Origin: Telmatocola sphagniphila
GTDB lineage: Bacteria; Planctomycetota; Planctomycetia; Gemmatales; Gemmataceae
Reading direction: 5' to 3'
Length of the DNA: 32,000 bases
Assembly (NCBI RefSeq): GCF_018398935.1
Contig: NZ_CP074694.1
Location: 990,001-1,022,000, forward strand
In this document: positions 1 through 10,016 of the stretch, piece after piece
Layout of the letters: each line of letters begins with the position of its first letter
Position numbering within the stretch: the stretch's first letter is position 1
Translations under genes and position numbers: made by a program
The notes under the pieces: model-generated
The model's input: the letters and a program-made list of their open reading frames with translations, nothing else
Database searches by the model: none
What the model was told of the DNA's origin: nothing

Positions 1-56
1 AGGGGGGAGCCGACATCAAAGCCAGCCCCGAGGATTTTGATACTTCAACAGGCAAA

Positions 57-248
57 TCACGTGGTGGTGGTTGCTGGGCCGATGTTGGTCGAGATCGTGC
101 TGAAGGTGCTGTTAGCGTTCTTGCCGATCGTGGTAACTGCGGCAATGCAGACCACGATGATGAGGGCCAACATGACCGCGTATTCAACTGCGGTCGGGCC
201 ATCTTCACGCTTCAGGAAGGTGACCAATTTCTTGCTCAGGTTGCGCAT
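57..248 (-). CDS. flp: Flp/Fap family type IVb pilin (63 aa prepilin)
   Basis: Short ORF with a basic leader. It carries the G/PTAVEYAVML motif (Flp prepilin cleavage site plus the conserved EY) followed by a hydrophobic helix, LALIIVVCIAAV. GGAG lies about 13 nt upstream of the ATG. Confidence 0.85.
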   Translation of the reverse strand: MRNLSKKLVTFLKREDGPTAVEYAVMLALIIVVCIAAVTTIGKNANSTFSTISTNIGPATTTT

Positions 249-450
249 CGTACAGACTCCGTAAAAAAGTTAAATCTGGTTTCCAGTGATGATCTCGTTT
301 CTTCGCTCTTTCTGTCCCGAAACGTTTCATCGTTACAACATGTTCTTAGGTCACACTCTGCGTGCATGCAAACGCCGGTACCGGCAAAATTCCCGATTTT
401 TTCGGAACCATCCTTCCAGCACACATCTTTCGCGCCTTAAGGGAAATCCG

Positions 451-466
451 TATTCGTATATGAATA
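451..466. repeat. Imperfect 16-bp palindrome TATTCGTA|TATGAATA in the flp-ilvD divergent spacer; possible operator
   Basis: Read directly: 7 of 8 symmetric pairs are Watson-Crick and 1 is G.T. It lies in an AT-rich patch about 45-50 nt upstream of the ilvD start. Its function is unknown. Confidence 0.3.
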
Positions 467-509
467 TATTTGTCTGGAATAGCCGGAACAACGCGTAAAA
501 CCCGTAAAG

Positions 510-2198
510 GTGAACATGGAAGCCAAAAATAATCGTCACAGCCTGACCACAACCGAAGGATCGAGCCGCGCGCCGAACCGGGCCATGCTTCGAGCCGTCG
601 GTTTTCAGGATTCGGACTTCAAAAAGCCGATTGTTGGGGTCGCTTCGCTCTTCAGCGAAATCACTCCGTGCAATGCCCACCTCGATCGTCTCGCTCGCAA
701 GGCCTGCGACGGCATTTACGCCGCCGGAGGCGTCCCTCAGATCTTTGGAGCTCCCACCGCCTCGGATGGCATCATGATGGGGCATCAGGGAATGCGTTAT
801 TCGCTGGTTTCCCGGGAGGTCATCGCCGACAGCCTCGAATTGGTCTCCGGCGGAATGAATCACGATGGGTTGTTGGCTCTGGGCGGTTGCGATAAGAACA
901 TGCCAGGCTGCCTGATGGCCATGGCTCGTCTGAACATCCCCAGCATTTTCGTCTACGGCGGGAGCATCCTGCCCGGCGTAGGACCCGAAGGGGAAGACGT
1001 CGATATCGTGTCCATTTTCGAAGCAGTCGGTAAATATCAAGCCAAGAAGATTGACGATAAAACGCTGCACAAAATCGAGTGCGAGTCCTGCCCGGGTTCG
1101 GGAGCCTGCGGCGGCATGTACACCGCGAATACCATGAGTTCCGCCATCGAAGCGATGGGGATGAGCTTACCCAACGATGCCAGCTATCCCGCTGTGACGG
1201 CCGCCAAGGACCGGGAAACCTTCCAGGCGGGCGCGGCCCTGGTCAATCTCATCGAGAAAAACATCAAGCCTCGCGATATCATCACGCGGAAATCCCTGGA
1301 AAACGCCTATACTTTCGTCCTCGCGCTAGGGGGTTCCACCAACGCCGTATTGCATCTGATGGCCATAGCTCGGGAAGCTCAGGTCGAATGGACTCTAGCG
1401 GATTTCGACCGGCTGGGTGCCAAAGTTCCTCACCTGGGCGATTTGAAGCCCGGCGGCAAGCACGTCATGTTCGATCTTCACCGAGCCGGTGGAACCGCGC
1501 AAGTGTTGAAAGCCCTTCTCGAAGCCGGTTTGTTGCACGGAGATTGCATCACCTGCACCGGCCAGACCCTGGCGGAAAATTTGAAAAACATCCCGAGCAT
1601 TTATGCCAAAAGCCAGAAGGTGATTCTTCCGCTCGATAAGCCGATGCACGCCAGCGGGCATATCGTAATTCTGCATGGAAATCTGGCCGAGGAAGGCGCC
1701 GTGGCCAAGATCGCCGGTTTGAAAAAAATCAGTATTACCGGCCCGGCAAAAGTTTTCGACGGCGAGGAAGCCTGCTTCGAAGCGATCCAAGCCCGCAAGA
1801 TCGTGCCGGGCGATGTGGTCGTCATCCGAGGGGAAGGCCCCGTGGGCGGCCCCGGTATGAGAGAAATGCTCTCCATCACCGGCGCATTGATGGGGCAGGG
1901 TTTGGGCGATAGCGTCGGACTGATCACCGATGGTCGATTTTCCGGCGGCACGCATGGCCTGGTAGTAGGACACGTTGCCCCCGAAGCCTGGACCGGGGGA
2001 AATATCGCGTTGGTAAAAGACGGGGATTCAATTACAATCGATGCCGAGGCCAAAAAACTGCATCTGCAGATCAGCGATGCCGAACTGGCTTCCCGGAGAA
2101 GCGCCTGGCAAAAGCCTCCACTGCGCGTGGAGCGAGGAGTCCTGGCTAAATTTGCCAGAACCGTTCACTCTGCATCCGAAGGTGCGATTACTGGATAA
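510..2198 (+). CDS. ilvD: Dihydroxy-acid dehydratase
   Basis: The 562-aa ORF matches the IlvD/Edd family along its full length: [70 protein letters not shown]. The track start at 510 is GTG; the ATG at 516, preceded by AAGGTG, is an equally plausible start. Confidence 0.95.
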   Translation: MNMEAKNNRHSLTTTEGSSRAPNRAMLRAVGFQDSDFKKPIVGVASLFSEITPCNAHLDRLARKACDGIYAAGGVPQIFGAPTASDGIMMGHQGMRYSLVSREVIADSLELVSGGMNHDGLLALGGCDKNMPGCLMAMARLNIPSIFVYGGSILPGVGPEGEDVDIVSIFEAVGKYQAKKIDDKTLHKIECESCPGSGACGGMYTANTMSSAIEAMGMSLPNDASYPAVTAAKDRETFQAGAALVNLIEKNIKPRDIITRKSLENAYTFVLALGGSTNAVLHLMAIAREAQVEWTLADFDRLGAKVPHLGDLKPGGKHVMFDLHRAGGTAQVLKALLEAGLLHGDCITCTGQTLAENLKNIPSIYAKSQKVILPLDKPMHASGHIVILHGNLAEEGAVAKIAGLKKISITGPAKVFDGEEACFEAIQARKIVPGDVVVIRGEGPVGGPGMREMLSITGALMGQGLGDSVGLITDGRFSGGTHGLVVGHVAPEAWTGGNIALVKDGDSITIDAEAKKLHLQISDAELASRRSAWQKPPLRVERGVLAKFARTVHSASEGAITG

Positions 2199-2246
2199 GG
2201 CGATTCGCCGGTTTCAACTGCGAGTGTCAACCAAGAAGGATTCTCT

Positions 2247-4967
2247 ATGCGACTCGGTTTCCTCCTTTTTGCCTTTCTTCTCGCGCTGTCACCCACTGGG
2301 GTACGCGCGGATGAAAAATCGGAAAATGCAGCTCTGTTGAAAACGGTCAGTACCGTTTTCGACGGAATTCAGCATGATACTCTCCCGAACGGCTTGCGGA
2401 TCTACCTGAAGCCCATCCCCAACGCGACGACGGTAACCACCATGGTCGGTTACAAAGTGGGTTCCGCGGATGAGGAGTTGGATCAGACCGGTCTATCACA
2501 CTATCTGGAACACCTGATGTTCAAAGGCACGGATAAGATCATGCCCGGCGACATCGATCGTTTGACTCAACGTAACGGCGGTCACAACAACGCCTACACT
2601 ACAGAGGACATGACGATCTATCACTTCGATTTCGCTGCGGATCGCTGGATGCAGGCCCTGGAAATCGAAGCCGACCGTATGAGACATTTGAAAATCGACG
2701 CCCAACATGAATTTGAGCAGGAAAAAGGCGCGGTCATATCGGAGTTGGATGGTAACGAGGATGACCCTTGGGAGCTGGAAAATAAAGCCCTCTTGCCATT
2801 GCTATTCGGAAAGCAGACTCCCTACGGACATCCGGTGATCGGCGAAAAAACTCACGTCCGGGCGGCCGCGGCGGAGATCATCAAACAGCATTACGATCGC
2901 TGGTATCATCCCAACAACGCCGTTCTGGTGGTCGCCGGGGGATTCGATGCAAAAGCTGCTCTGGCCAGGATAAAAGAACTCTTTGGACCCATCCCGGCCG
3001 CCAAACTTCCTGAGCGAAAACCGGTACCCAAGGAAGTGGATCGCACCAGGATATTAAAGTCGAAGTTTCAGTCGAAGTTCGATACCCCCCGACTGCTCGT
3101 GGGCTTTAATACCTGCACGATCGGTGAGCCGGACGATCCCGCCCTCGATGTCATTCAGCATGCCTTGACCGATGGACGGATGTCTCGGCTTTATAAGCAA
3201 CTGGTCGAAGGCGAAGAGGTGGCCACCACCGTGGTTTCGAACAATAATACCGGACGATATCCCGGCTGGTTTGAGATCAGAATCGAACTGGCGGATGTCG
3301 AAGGCATTCCCAAAGCGGAGAAAACTCTTCAGGGCGTCCTGAAGCAGATCAGCAAAGACGGGCTGAGCCAGACGGAATTTGCCCGCGCCAAACGATCATT
3401 CATCGCTTCCTATGTTTTCAACCTGGAAGATGTGCACAACCTGGCGGATTTGATAACTCGTTCCGTGCTCGATAAAGATCTGGATTATTTGAAATCTTCC
3501 CTGCCGAGGCTGATGGCCATCTCGAATTCGGACATAAAGCGGGCGGCCCGAAAGTACTTCGTCGATCGCAAACCAGTCATCATCGAATCCATGCCCAAAG
3601 CAACGGAGAAAAAGAAAGTCGGGGCGACCGCCTCCGAAAACGTGGTTTCCGTGCTCGGCCGACAGCAGGCCGCGGTGAAGGGTTCGCCGATTTATGATTT
3701 CAGTAAGGCCCGCCACGAAACCTTACCCAACGGTCTGCGGGTGGTACTGCTCGAGAATCACCAACTGCCCATCGCTTTTCTGAATGCTTACGTCCAGAAT
3801 GTGACTATGTACGAACCGCCTCAACTGTTCGGCATCGCGCATCTGACCGGGAATATGCTCGATGAGGGGACCAAGAAGCATACGGGCCAACAGATCGCGG
3901 AGATCATCGAAAGCCGGGCCGCCAAAATGTCTTTTAGCCCCAACGGCGGCGTGATGAAACTCCTGTCTTACGATCTGAAAGCCGGCATCGATATCTTCTT
4001 CGAATGTCTGACAACACCGGCATTTCCAGCTAACGAACTCGAAAGCCAGCGAGAGGCGTTACGGACGCAGATTCAGGAAGAAGAACGAAAAGCCAATGAA
4101 CGGGCACGCATCGAATTTTACGCTCGAGCCTACGGCGAACACCCCTACGGGCGGGCCGGCATGGGCAATCTGGAAGTGATTGCCAAACTGAAGGCCGAAG
4201 ATCTTAGAAAGTATCACCAGCAGGTTTTTGTCCCGAATAACACAATTGTGGCCGTCGTGGGGGATTTCAATTCCGATGAAGTTCTGAAATGGCTGACCGC
4301 GGCGACCGCTCACTGGACCAGGACCAAGCTTCCCGAGTTGCCAAAGATCGTTGTGGAGAAACCCAAGGAAGGGCAAGAGAAAATTCTCATCGACAACGAG
4401 GCTTCTCAACTGCACGTGTACATCGGCCATGTCGGTGTGGCCCGAACCAATCCCGATTTTTTCAAGCTGATGGTGTTCGATAATATTCTCGGTACAGGGC
4501 CAGGATTTACCGACCGACTTTCGGCCAATTTGCGCGATCGTCAGGGGTTGGCCTACACGGTGAATGCGACCATCACGGCCACCGCCTCGGATGAACCGGG
4601 TCTTTTCATAGGATATATTGGCACTTTTAACGATAAATTCGCTCAGGTGAAGGCCGGTTTCCTCAAGGAGATCAATCAACTTCGCGAAGAAAATCCCAGT
4701 GCTGTAGAGGTGGAAAACGCTAAAAGGTTTCTGATTGGCAGTCTGCCTTTTACGTTCTCATCGAATCAAAAACTCGCCGAAAGTCTGCTGATGATGGAGC
4801 GGTACGGCTTCAAAAACGATTATTTTGAGAAATTTGTCCGGGAAGTTGAGTCGGTTACACCCGCTCAAGTCACAGAAATGGCCCGCAAGTACATTGACCC
4901 TGCTAAACTTATAATAGTGGCGGCGGGGGCAATTGATCGTAATGGTCAACCTTTGAAGAAAGACTGA
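2247..4967 (+). CDS. Secreted M16 (pitrilysin/insulinase) family zinc peptidase with two tandem M16 units
   Basis: N-terminal signal peptide (MRLGFLLFAFLLALSPTGVRA). The first half has the inverted zinc motif HYLEH, followed by a downstream E. The second half (from about ETLPNGLRVVLLENH) repeats the fold without the HxxEH motif. Confidence 0.9.
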   Translation: MRLGFLLFAFLLALSPTGVRADEKSENAALLKTVSTVFDGIQHDTLPNGLRIYLKPIPNATTVTTMVGYKVGSADEELDQTGLSHYLEHLMFKGTDKIMPGDIDRLTQRNGGHNNAYTTEDMTIYHFDFAADRWMQALEIEADRMRHLKIDAQHEFEQEKGAVISELDGNEDDPWELENKALLPLLFGKQTPYGHPVIGEKTHVRAAAAEIIKQHYDRWYHPNNAVLVVAGGFDAKAALARIKELFGPIPAAKLPERKPVPKEVDRTRILKSKFQSKFDTPRLLVGFNTCTIGEPDDPALDVIQHALTDGRMSRLYKQLVEGEEVATTVVSNNNTGRYPGWFEIRIELADVEGIPKAEKTLQGVLKQISKDGLSQTEFARAKRSFIASYVFNLEDVHNLADLITRSVLDKDLDYLKSSLPRLMAISNSDIKRAARKYFVDRKPVIIESMPKATEKKKVGATASENVVSVLGRQQAAVKGSPIYDFSKARHETLPNGLRVVLLENHQLPIAFLNAYVQNVTMYEPPQLFGIAHLTGNMLDEGTKKHTGQQIAEIIESRAAKMSFSPNGGVMKLLSYDLKAGIDIFFECLTTPAFPANELESQREALRTQIQEEERKANERARIEFYARAYGEHPYGRAGMGNLEVIAKLKAEDLRKYHQQVFVPNNTIVAVVGDFNSDEVLKWLTAATAHWTRTKLPELPKIVVEKPKEGQEKILIDNEASQLHVYIGHVGVARTNPDFFKLMVFDNILGTGPGFTDRLSANLRDRQGLAYTVNATITATASDEPGLFIGYIGTFNDKFAQVKAGFLKEINQLREENPSAVEVENAKRFLIGSLPFTFSSNQKLAESLLMMERYGFKNDYFEKFVREVESVTPAQVTEMARKYIDPAKLIIVAAGAIDRNGQPLKKD

Positions 4968-4979
4968 GATTCAGAAGAC

Positions 4980-5747
4980 ATGGCCGACGATATTGATCCA
5001 ATTCTGAAATCCTGGGAATTCAATCCGGATTCTTTGCAAACGCGCGTGGTGAAAGTATCTCCCGAGCGCGAAGTGCTGCAGATACGCCTCGATCTGGGCA
5101 TCATGCAAATGGAAATGACCGGACGTCCGGACGGACGCAAGCCCGAAGGATTTCCCACCTACTTCGACTACCTCAAGCATCTGGTAACGCAGGCCAACAA
5201 GGAGGGCCGCGAATTCGAGTTGAACGAGACGCACTGCCGTGAAGCCGATCGCGAATTCGTTCAATTTTACCATCGTCGTATCTGTTATCTCGCTTTGAGC
5301 AACTACGAAGGTGCGATTGCCGATGCCAATCACACTCTCGAATTTATGGATCTCGTCCGGGACCACGCTCCCAACGAGGAGGTCAAGGAAGCTCACGAAC
5401 GCTATCGGCCGTTCGTGCTGTTTCATAAAACTCAGGCTTTGGCGGCGCTCCATTCCGAAGGGGGAAACCCGGAAAAAGGAATCGACCACATCCGCAACGG
5501 GTTGGAAATTCTTCACAAATTCTTCGAAGATCAAAATTTGCTGGAGCAGGAGGAGCGAGATCCTTTTGTGAAACAGTTGCGGGCCATGGATCAGCAACTG
5601 CGGGCAAAATTCAATATTGAAGCCACTCTTTCCGAACAGCTTCAGGCCGCGATTCAGCGAGAAGATTATGAAGCGGCGGCCCGGCTGCGGGATGAACTTC
5701 GGAATCGTCAAATGCACGTGCGAACGGATGACGGCGTCGTTTCGTAG
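4980..5747 (+). CDS. UvrB/UvrC (UVR) motif-containing protein
   Basis: The 255-aa ORF has a C-terminal EQLQAAIQREDYEAAARLRDELRNRQ, a classic UVR motif. It starts 13 nt after the M16 stop. The rest of the protein is helical with no motif I recognise. Confidence 0.6.
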   Translation: MADDIDPILKSWEFNPDSLQTRVVKVSPEREVLQIRLDLGIMQMEMTGRPDGRKPEGFPTYFDYLKHLVTQANKEGREFELNETHCREADREFVQFYHRRICYLALSNYEGAIADANHTLEFMDLVRDHAPNEEVKEAHERYRPFVLFHKTQALAALHSEGGNPEKGIDHIRNGLEILHKFFEDQNLLEQEERDPFVKQLRAMDQQLRAKFNIEATLSEQLQAAIQREDYEAAARLRDELRNRQMHVRTDDGVVS

Positions 5748-5778
5748 TTAATGCGAGAGACTTCTCAGGAAAATAATT

Positions 5779-7212
5779 ATGAAATCGCTGACTCAGATAG
5801 TGCTGCCCATCGTGATCCTCGCCGGGCTCGTCTTCGGAATAACCTTTCTCACGAACTACACCAGTACGGAATCAGAAGTCGAGAGCGATAAGAAGAACAG
5901 TCAAAAACTGGCAAAAGCCCCACCGCTCAAATTTTTTACTTTGAGAGCCGACGCCAAAGCGGATGCCCCCTACACCAAATTCTGGCAATCGACCGTAGAG
6001 ATTGGTTCGCACGGGAATTTCGATTTCTGGTGTCAAAATCGGCATCCGGAACCGATCGTAGCCACCGTGCCCACCGTGAGTTGCACCCAGTGCGTGGTCG
6101 CCGAGCTGGGTGTGGTTGACCCGAAAGCCTGGTTGGATTTTCAAATGAATCAGTCGATGACCGGTTTCATGGGCATCGGTGGATTAGTCTGGAACTTGAT
6201 CGGTACGGAGGCGCTGCGAGCGGGCATAACCTGGAGCCCGTTAAATAAGGAAGGGAAGATCACCACCGCTACGATCCCGCCCATGAAAGACGGCGTTTAC
6301 CAGCAAGCGATTGTGCGAATCAGCTGGTTGGGGAAAGGGGATCCGAAGTCTCAGCTGGTAACGGCGGATCTGAATGCTCAACTTCCCAACATGACGGCAA
6401 TACCGACTCGACTCGAAGCGAGCGTCGATGTCGTACCGAGCTTCGCGATCATGGTGGTAGGCAGTCCGGAAAATGATATTCGATTGGGTGAAATGACCGA
6501 AGGTACTACGATTTCCAGGGATCTGATCGTCTTTTCAGCCACCCGGCCAGACGTCGATGTCACCATAAAGGTGTCCGGGAATCATCAAACCGAAAACTTC
6601 GTCTGGACGCCGCTGGAACGACTTCCCGCCAGCGAAAACGAAACTCTGGGGCAATCCTTCACAAAGTTGATCGGTAAGCCCTTGCACATCAAGTGCGCTT
6701 ATAAAACCAAATTCACGGTTTACGAATCCAAGGAAGTGATGAAAGATGGGAAGCTGGTGAAATCCCAATTAGACCTTGGTCCGCTCGAACGCCGTCTGAC
6801 TTTTAACCAGGGTACAGAGGCTCTCTCCCTTCCTATTCACGGTCTGGTTCGCGGCGATATTACCATCATCGGCGGACCGAAGGATATCGACAAAATCGAT
6901 ATGGGTACTTCTTTCCCATCGAATCAGGCTCGCCTCCGCGAAGTCACGGTCATGAGTAACCTTCCAAATCTCGAATTGGAACTGCTGACCGATCTGACCG
7001 TGCCGCCGTTCCTGGATGTGAATCTCACTCCGCTGCCGCCTAAAGATGGCAAGCCGCAATGGTCGCTGAAGGTTCTTATCCCAGCGAACAAGCTGTATGG
7101 TGCATTACCTGGAAATAGCTCGATCATTCTGCAAAGCAAAGATGCGAGCCGTCGTCGCATCCGGATTCCTATTACTGGGCAGACGTTCGATAGCGGTTCC
7201 AGCAAGTTCTAA
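5779..7212 (+). CDS. Membrane-anchored hypothetical protein, DUF1573/PapD-like beta-sandwich repeats suspected
   Basis: AGGAAA RBS and ATG. There is an N-terminal TM helix (IVLPIVILAGLVFGITFL). The segment FDFWCQNRHPEPIVATVPTVSCTQCVVAEL resembles the DUF1573 pattern (N.G..PL.I....SC.C). The family assignment is tentative. Confidence 0.55.
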   Translation: MKSLTQIVLPIVILAGLVFGITFLTNYTSTESEVESDKKNSQKLAKAPPLKFFTLRADAKADAPYTKFWQSTVEIGSHGNFDFWCQNRHPEPIVATVPTVSCTQCVVAELGVVDPKAWLDFQMNQSMTGFMGIGGLVWNLIGTEALRAGITWSPLNKEGKITTATIPPMKDGVYQQAIVRISWLGKGDPKSQLVTADLNAQLPNMTAIPTRLEASVDVVPSFAIMVVGSPENDIRLGEMTEGTTISRDLIVFSATRPDVDVTIKVSGNHQTENFVWTPLERLPASENETLGQSFTKLIGKPLHIKCAYKTKFTVYESKEVMKDGKLVKSQLDLGPLERRLTFNQGTEALSLPIHGLVRGDITIIGGPKDIDKIDMGTSFPSNQARLREVTVMSNLPNLELELLTDLTVPPFLDVNLTPLPPKDGKPQWSLKVLIPANKLYGALPGNSSIILQSKDASRRRIRIPITGQTFDSGSSKF

Positions 7213-7260
7213 ATCCATCAGTCATTCCCTCGCCCACCCTATCAATTCTTCTTCCGAGGC

Positions 7261-8604
7261 ATGGCCGTGGTTTTTGAAACCGAAGGGCTTTCGCTGCTTC
7301 AAGAGGCCCTCGAAGCGATGGGCCAGGGATTCCAGACTCTTCCGGAAGTCGGGAATGCACTAGACTCCGATGGCGTCCGTTCCATCCTTCTTTCCGTAGC
7401 CGGCCGGATGCAGGAAAATTATCCCTACTTCCATCCGCTTTATGTGGGGCAGATGCTGAAGCCGCCGCACCCCGTCGCTAGGCTGGCCTATGCCCTGGCT
7501 ATGTTCATCAATCCTAATAATCATGCTCTGGATGGCGGCCGAGCCAGTTCGGAGATGGAAAAAGAGGCGGTAGCTCAAATCGCCGCGATGTTCGGATGGT
7601 CCAGTTCTCTGGGGCATTTGACCAGTGGCGGCACCATGGCGAATTTCGAAGCCCTCTGGATCGCTCGCGAATTGGCTCCCGGAAAAGCGGTCGCGGCCTC
7701 CGCACAGGCGCACTACACCCACTCGCGACTCTCCGCGGTACTGGGGGTGCCCTTTCGCAAAATTGCCTCGGACGAACGAGGTCGGATGGATATTGGCGAT
7801 CTCCGCGAACAGCTGCAAACAGGTGAGATCGGCACCGTGGTGGCCACTTTGGGGACCACGGCCGCAGGAACGATCGACCCGTTACCGGAAATTCTGGAAC
7901 TGCGCAACGAATTTCCGTTCCGTCTCCACGTGGATTCCGCTTACGGGGGTTACTTTACTCTCGCGAGCAACCTGGGTTCCCACGCTCGGGCCGCCTACGA
8001 TGCGATAGCCAACGTCGATTCGATTGTAATCGATCCGCATAAGCACGGCCTGCAACCTTACGGCTGCGGTTGCGTGCTGTTTCGAGAGGCGAGTGTCGGC
8101 AGGTTCTACAAACACGACTCCCCGTACACATACTTCACCTCTGAGGAGTTGCACCTTGGAGAAATCTCCCTGGAGTGTTCCCGGGCCGGTGCCTCGGCTG
8201 TCGCGCTCTGGGCGACGATGAAGTTGCTCCCTCTGGATCGAAATGGTTCCTTTGCCCGGAGCCTCGAAAAATGCCGGGAGGGAGCTTTGCAGCTTCACGA
8301 TCAACTGCAAGCCGGTAAGCGGTTTGTGCCGTTATTCCAACCGGAACTCGACATTTTAGTCTGGGGTGTCCGAGCGCATACGGCCAGTGAGTCTTCCCGA
8401 CTAGCACGAGAAGTTTTTACCGAGGCCGAAAAATCCCAACTCTATCTGGCCCTGGCGACTTTTCCCCGAAAGATGGTTGAACCGGCGGGAGTCGTGTCGA
8501 ATTGGGATCGCGAGGATCTGGTTTGCTTGCGGGCCTGCGTCATGAAACCCGAACATCTGGACTGGATGCCTGAAATATTGAAGCGACTGGAAGCCTCTCT
8601 TTAA
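7261..8604 (+). CDS. Pyridoxal-phosphate-dependent (group II) amino-acid decarboxylase family protein
   Basis: Motifs: SGGTMANFEAL, HVDSAYGG and the PLP-lysine motif DPHKHGLQPYGCGCVLF. These are typical of fold-type I group II decarboxylases. The substrate is not inferable. Confidence 0.8.
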   Translation: MAVVFETEGLSLLQEALEAMGQGFQTLPEVGNALDSDGVRSILLSVAGRMQENYPYFHPLYVGQMLKPPHPVARLAYALAMFINPNNHALDGGRASSEMEKEAVAQIAAMFGWSSSLGHLTSGGTMANFEALWIARELAPGKAVAASAQAHYTHSRLSAVLGVPFRKIASDERGRMDIGDLREQLQTGEIGTVVATLGTTAAGTIDPLPEILELRNEFPFRLHVDSAYGGYFTLASNLGSHARAAYDAIANVDSIVIDPHKHGLQPYGCGCVLFREASVGRFYKHDSPYTYFTSEELHLGEISLECSRAGASAVALWATMKLLPLDRNGSFARSLEKCREGALQLHDQLQAGKRFVPLFQPELDILVWGVRAHTASESSRLAREVFTEAEKSQLYLALATFPRKMVEPAGVVSNWDREDLVCLRACVMKPEHLDWMPEILKRLEASL

Positions 8605-8617
8605 TTGAGATCGATCG

Positions 8618-8911
8618 ATGCACTATCTGCTCTTCTACGACGTGGTGGAGAATTACACCGAAGCTCGAATTCCTTTTCGCACTCTCCATCTGGAACATGC
8701 TCGAGCGGCAGTAGCCCGCGGCGAACTGCTTCTCGGAGGGGCCTTGGCCGAACCGGCGGATGGAGCGGTGTTGTTGTTCCAGACCGAAAATCCTCAGCTG
8801 CTGGAGGATTTTGCAAAATCCGATCCGTACGTGATCAATAAAGTTGTGACGGGTTGGCGGATCCGAAAATGGATGACGGTGGTGGGCGAAAATGCGGCTG
8901 TCCAACCTTGA
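8618..8911 (+). CDS. YciI family protein
   Basis: The 97-aa ORF has the YciI-like pattern: MHYLLFYD..., H.EH......G.LLLGGAL, and DPYV...V..W.IRKW at the C-terminus. It starts 13 nt after the decarboxylase stop. Confidence 0.75.
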   Translation: MHYLLFYDVVENYTEARIPFRTLHLEHARAAVARGELLLGGALAEPADGAVLLFQTENPQLLEDFAKSDPYVINKVVTGWRIRKWMTVVGENAAVQP

Positions 8912-8915
8912 TCGC

Positions 8916-8941
8916 GCCGCCGAAACCATTTGCCCGGCGGC
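8916..8941. terminator. Hairpin between convergent genes (GCCGCCG-N12-CGGCGGC)
   Basis: Perfect 7-bp GC stem read directly. There is no clear U-tract on either strand, so a terminator role is uncertain. Confidence 0.3.
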
Positions 8942-8949
8942 TGAAAGAT

Positions 8950-9846
8950 TTACTTGTTCTGATCGACCGAGAATCGAGTCTTGATCACCGGAATTTCCGC
9001 CTTCGGTTCCGTTTTCCGATTCACAAAGACCTTCTGGGTTTCTTCGACCTTCGGCTTCTCGGCCGAGGGGGTCGTAGTCTGGGAGCCATGCTTGGGAACT
9101 AATGGCTGGTAGAGTCCGGGAGTCGGTTCCAGGGAACCGGTGTACTCGGGATCTTTGATGATCACATCACAACGCTGGCTGCCCGCGAGCAATTTGTAAG
9201 CTCGAGGAGGGTTGGGGGTGTCCCGATTGAAACTCTTCTCGATCACGGGGCGATCGAATTGAGTCAGGTAGGACTTGTCGACGCAAGTGTTGCATCCTTT
9301 GTCCTTCTTGAAAGGATCGCAAGCTTGTTTCTCGGCGGCGGTTCGATGCCCCTTAATGTTCACATAGGGAGTCAGCACGCCGTTAGCCGGGCAGGGGGTG
9401 TGGACTCGGGCGAGGCCAAAGAGCGAAAAATGTGCATGGGGTTGTAATCCGCCTTGCTTGCACTCTTCACAGTGAGCGGGCACTGGGGCTGCTGCAGCTG
9501 CTGCCGCAACCTGGACCGGTTCGACGTACTGAACGGCGACCACTGGGCTCTTTTGGGTCTCTGTTCGGCAGGCTTCAGCCAGCCAGGGCACCACAGCGGG
9601 ATATTTTGAGGGATTCGCCAGGCGGCAGCAGTCCATCGGAATTACGCGCAAGCGGCTAAGGACCCCCTCGTAGCAGCTAGTGCCTGGTTTAGCAGTTTCG
9701 GCTGCCGGAGCAGAGTCGGAGAAATTCGGCGGCGGAATTTCGATCGGTCGCGCGAGCGGTTCGTCGGCATTCGAATTCATGCAAATGCTGCAAAGGCTCG
9801 AGACGATCAATAACCAGCAGTTGACGCGCATCGGCATCCCTTTCAT
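8950..9846 (-). CDS. Secreted cysteine-rich hypothetical protein
   Basis: The ORF is open to 9960, but the ATG at 9846 begins a signal-peptide-like MKGMPMRVNCWLLIVSSLCSICMNSNA. The mature part has about 11 Cys (CC, CEEC, CNTC pairs), an Ala7 run and a Lys/Pro-rich tail. I recognise no family. Confidence 0.55.
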   Translation of the reverse strand: MKGMPMRVNCWLLIVSSLCSICMNSNADEPLARPIEIPPPNFSDSAPAAETAKPGTSCYEGVLSRLRVIPMDCCRLANPSKYPAVVPWLAEACRTETQKSPVVAVQYVEPVQVAAAAAAAPVPAHCEECKQGGLQPHAHFSLFGLARVHTPCPANGVLTPYVNIKGHRTAAEKQACDPFKKDKGCNTCVDKSYLTQFDRPVIEKSFNRDTPNPPRAYKLLAGSQRCDVIIKDPEYTGSLEPTPGLYQPLVPKHGSQTTTPSAEKPKVEETQKVFVNRKTEPKAEIPVIKTRFSVDQNK

Positions 9847-10016
9847 CCTAGTCTTCCATCCTCTTATTCGTCCTCGAAAGGTCGCCAGCGCAAGTCCGGT
9901 ATCCTTGGCGGGCTCAGTTCTTGCATTATGAACCCCCGAACTTCGGAATAGATGGAACAACAGGCAGACTTTACCCGTCTTAACATCGTAGAATGGATGC
10001 TATAAGGAGGCTGGTT

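Noticed and set aside
37-264. 75-aa plus-strand ORF at the window start
   Set aside because: It is antisense to the Flp pilin gene, whose cleavage motif and size are diagnostic.
351-1070. 239-aa minus-strand ORF overlapping the start of ilvD
   Set aside because: It is antisense to a full-length, highly conserved ilvD and has no motifs. It also runs through the divergent promoter spacer.
4619-4635. TGGCAC hexamer inside the M16 gene, as a possible second sigma54 site
   Set aside because: There is no GC dinucleotide at the -12 spacing, and it lies inside a coding region.
4971-5717. 248-aa minus-strand ORF
   Set aside because: It is antisense to the UVR-motif gene, which sits in a co-directional, tightly spaced gene string. 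The translation has no recognisable features.
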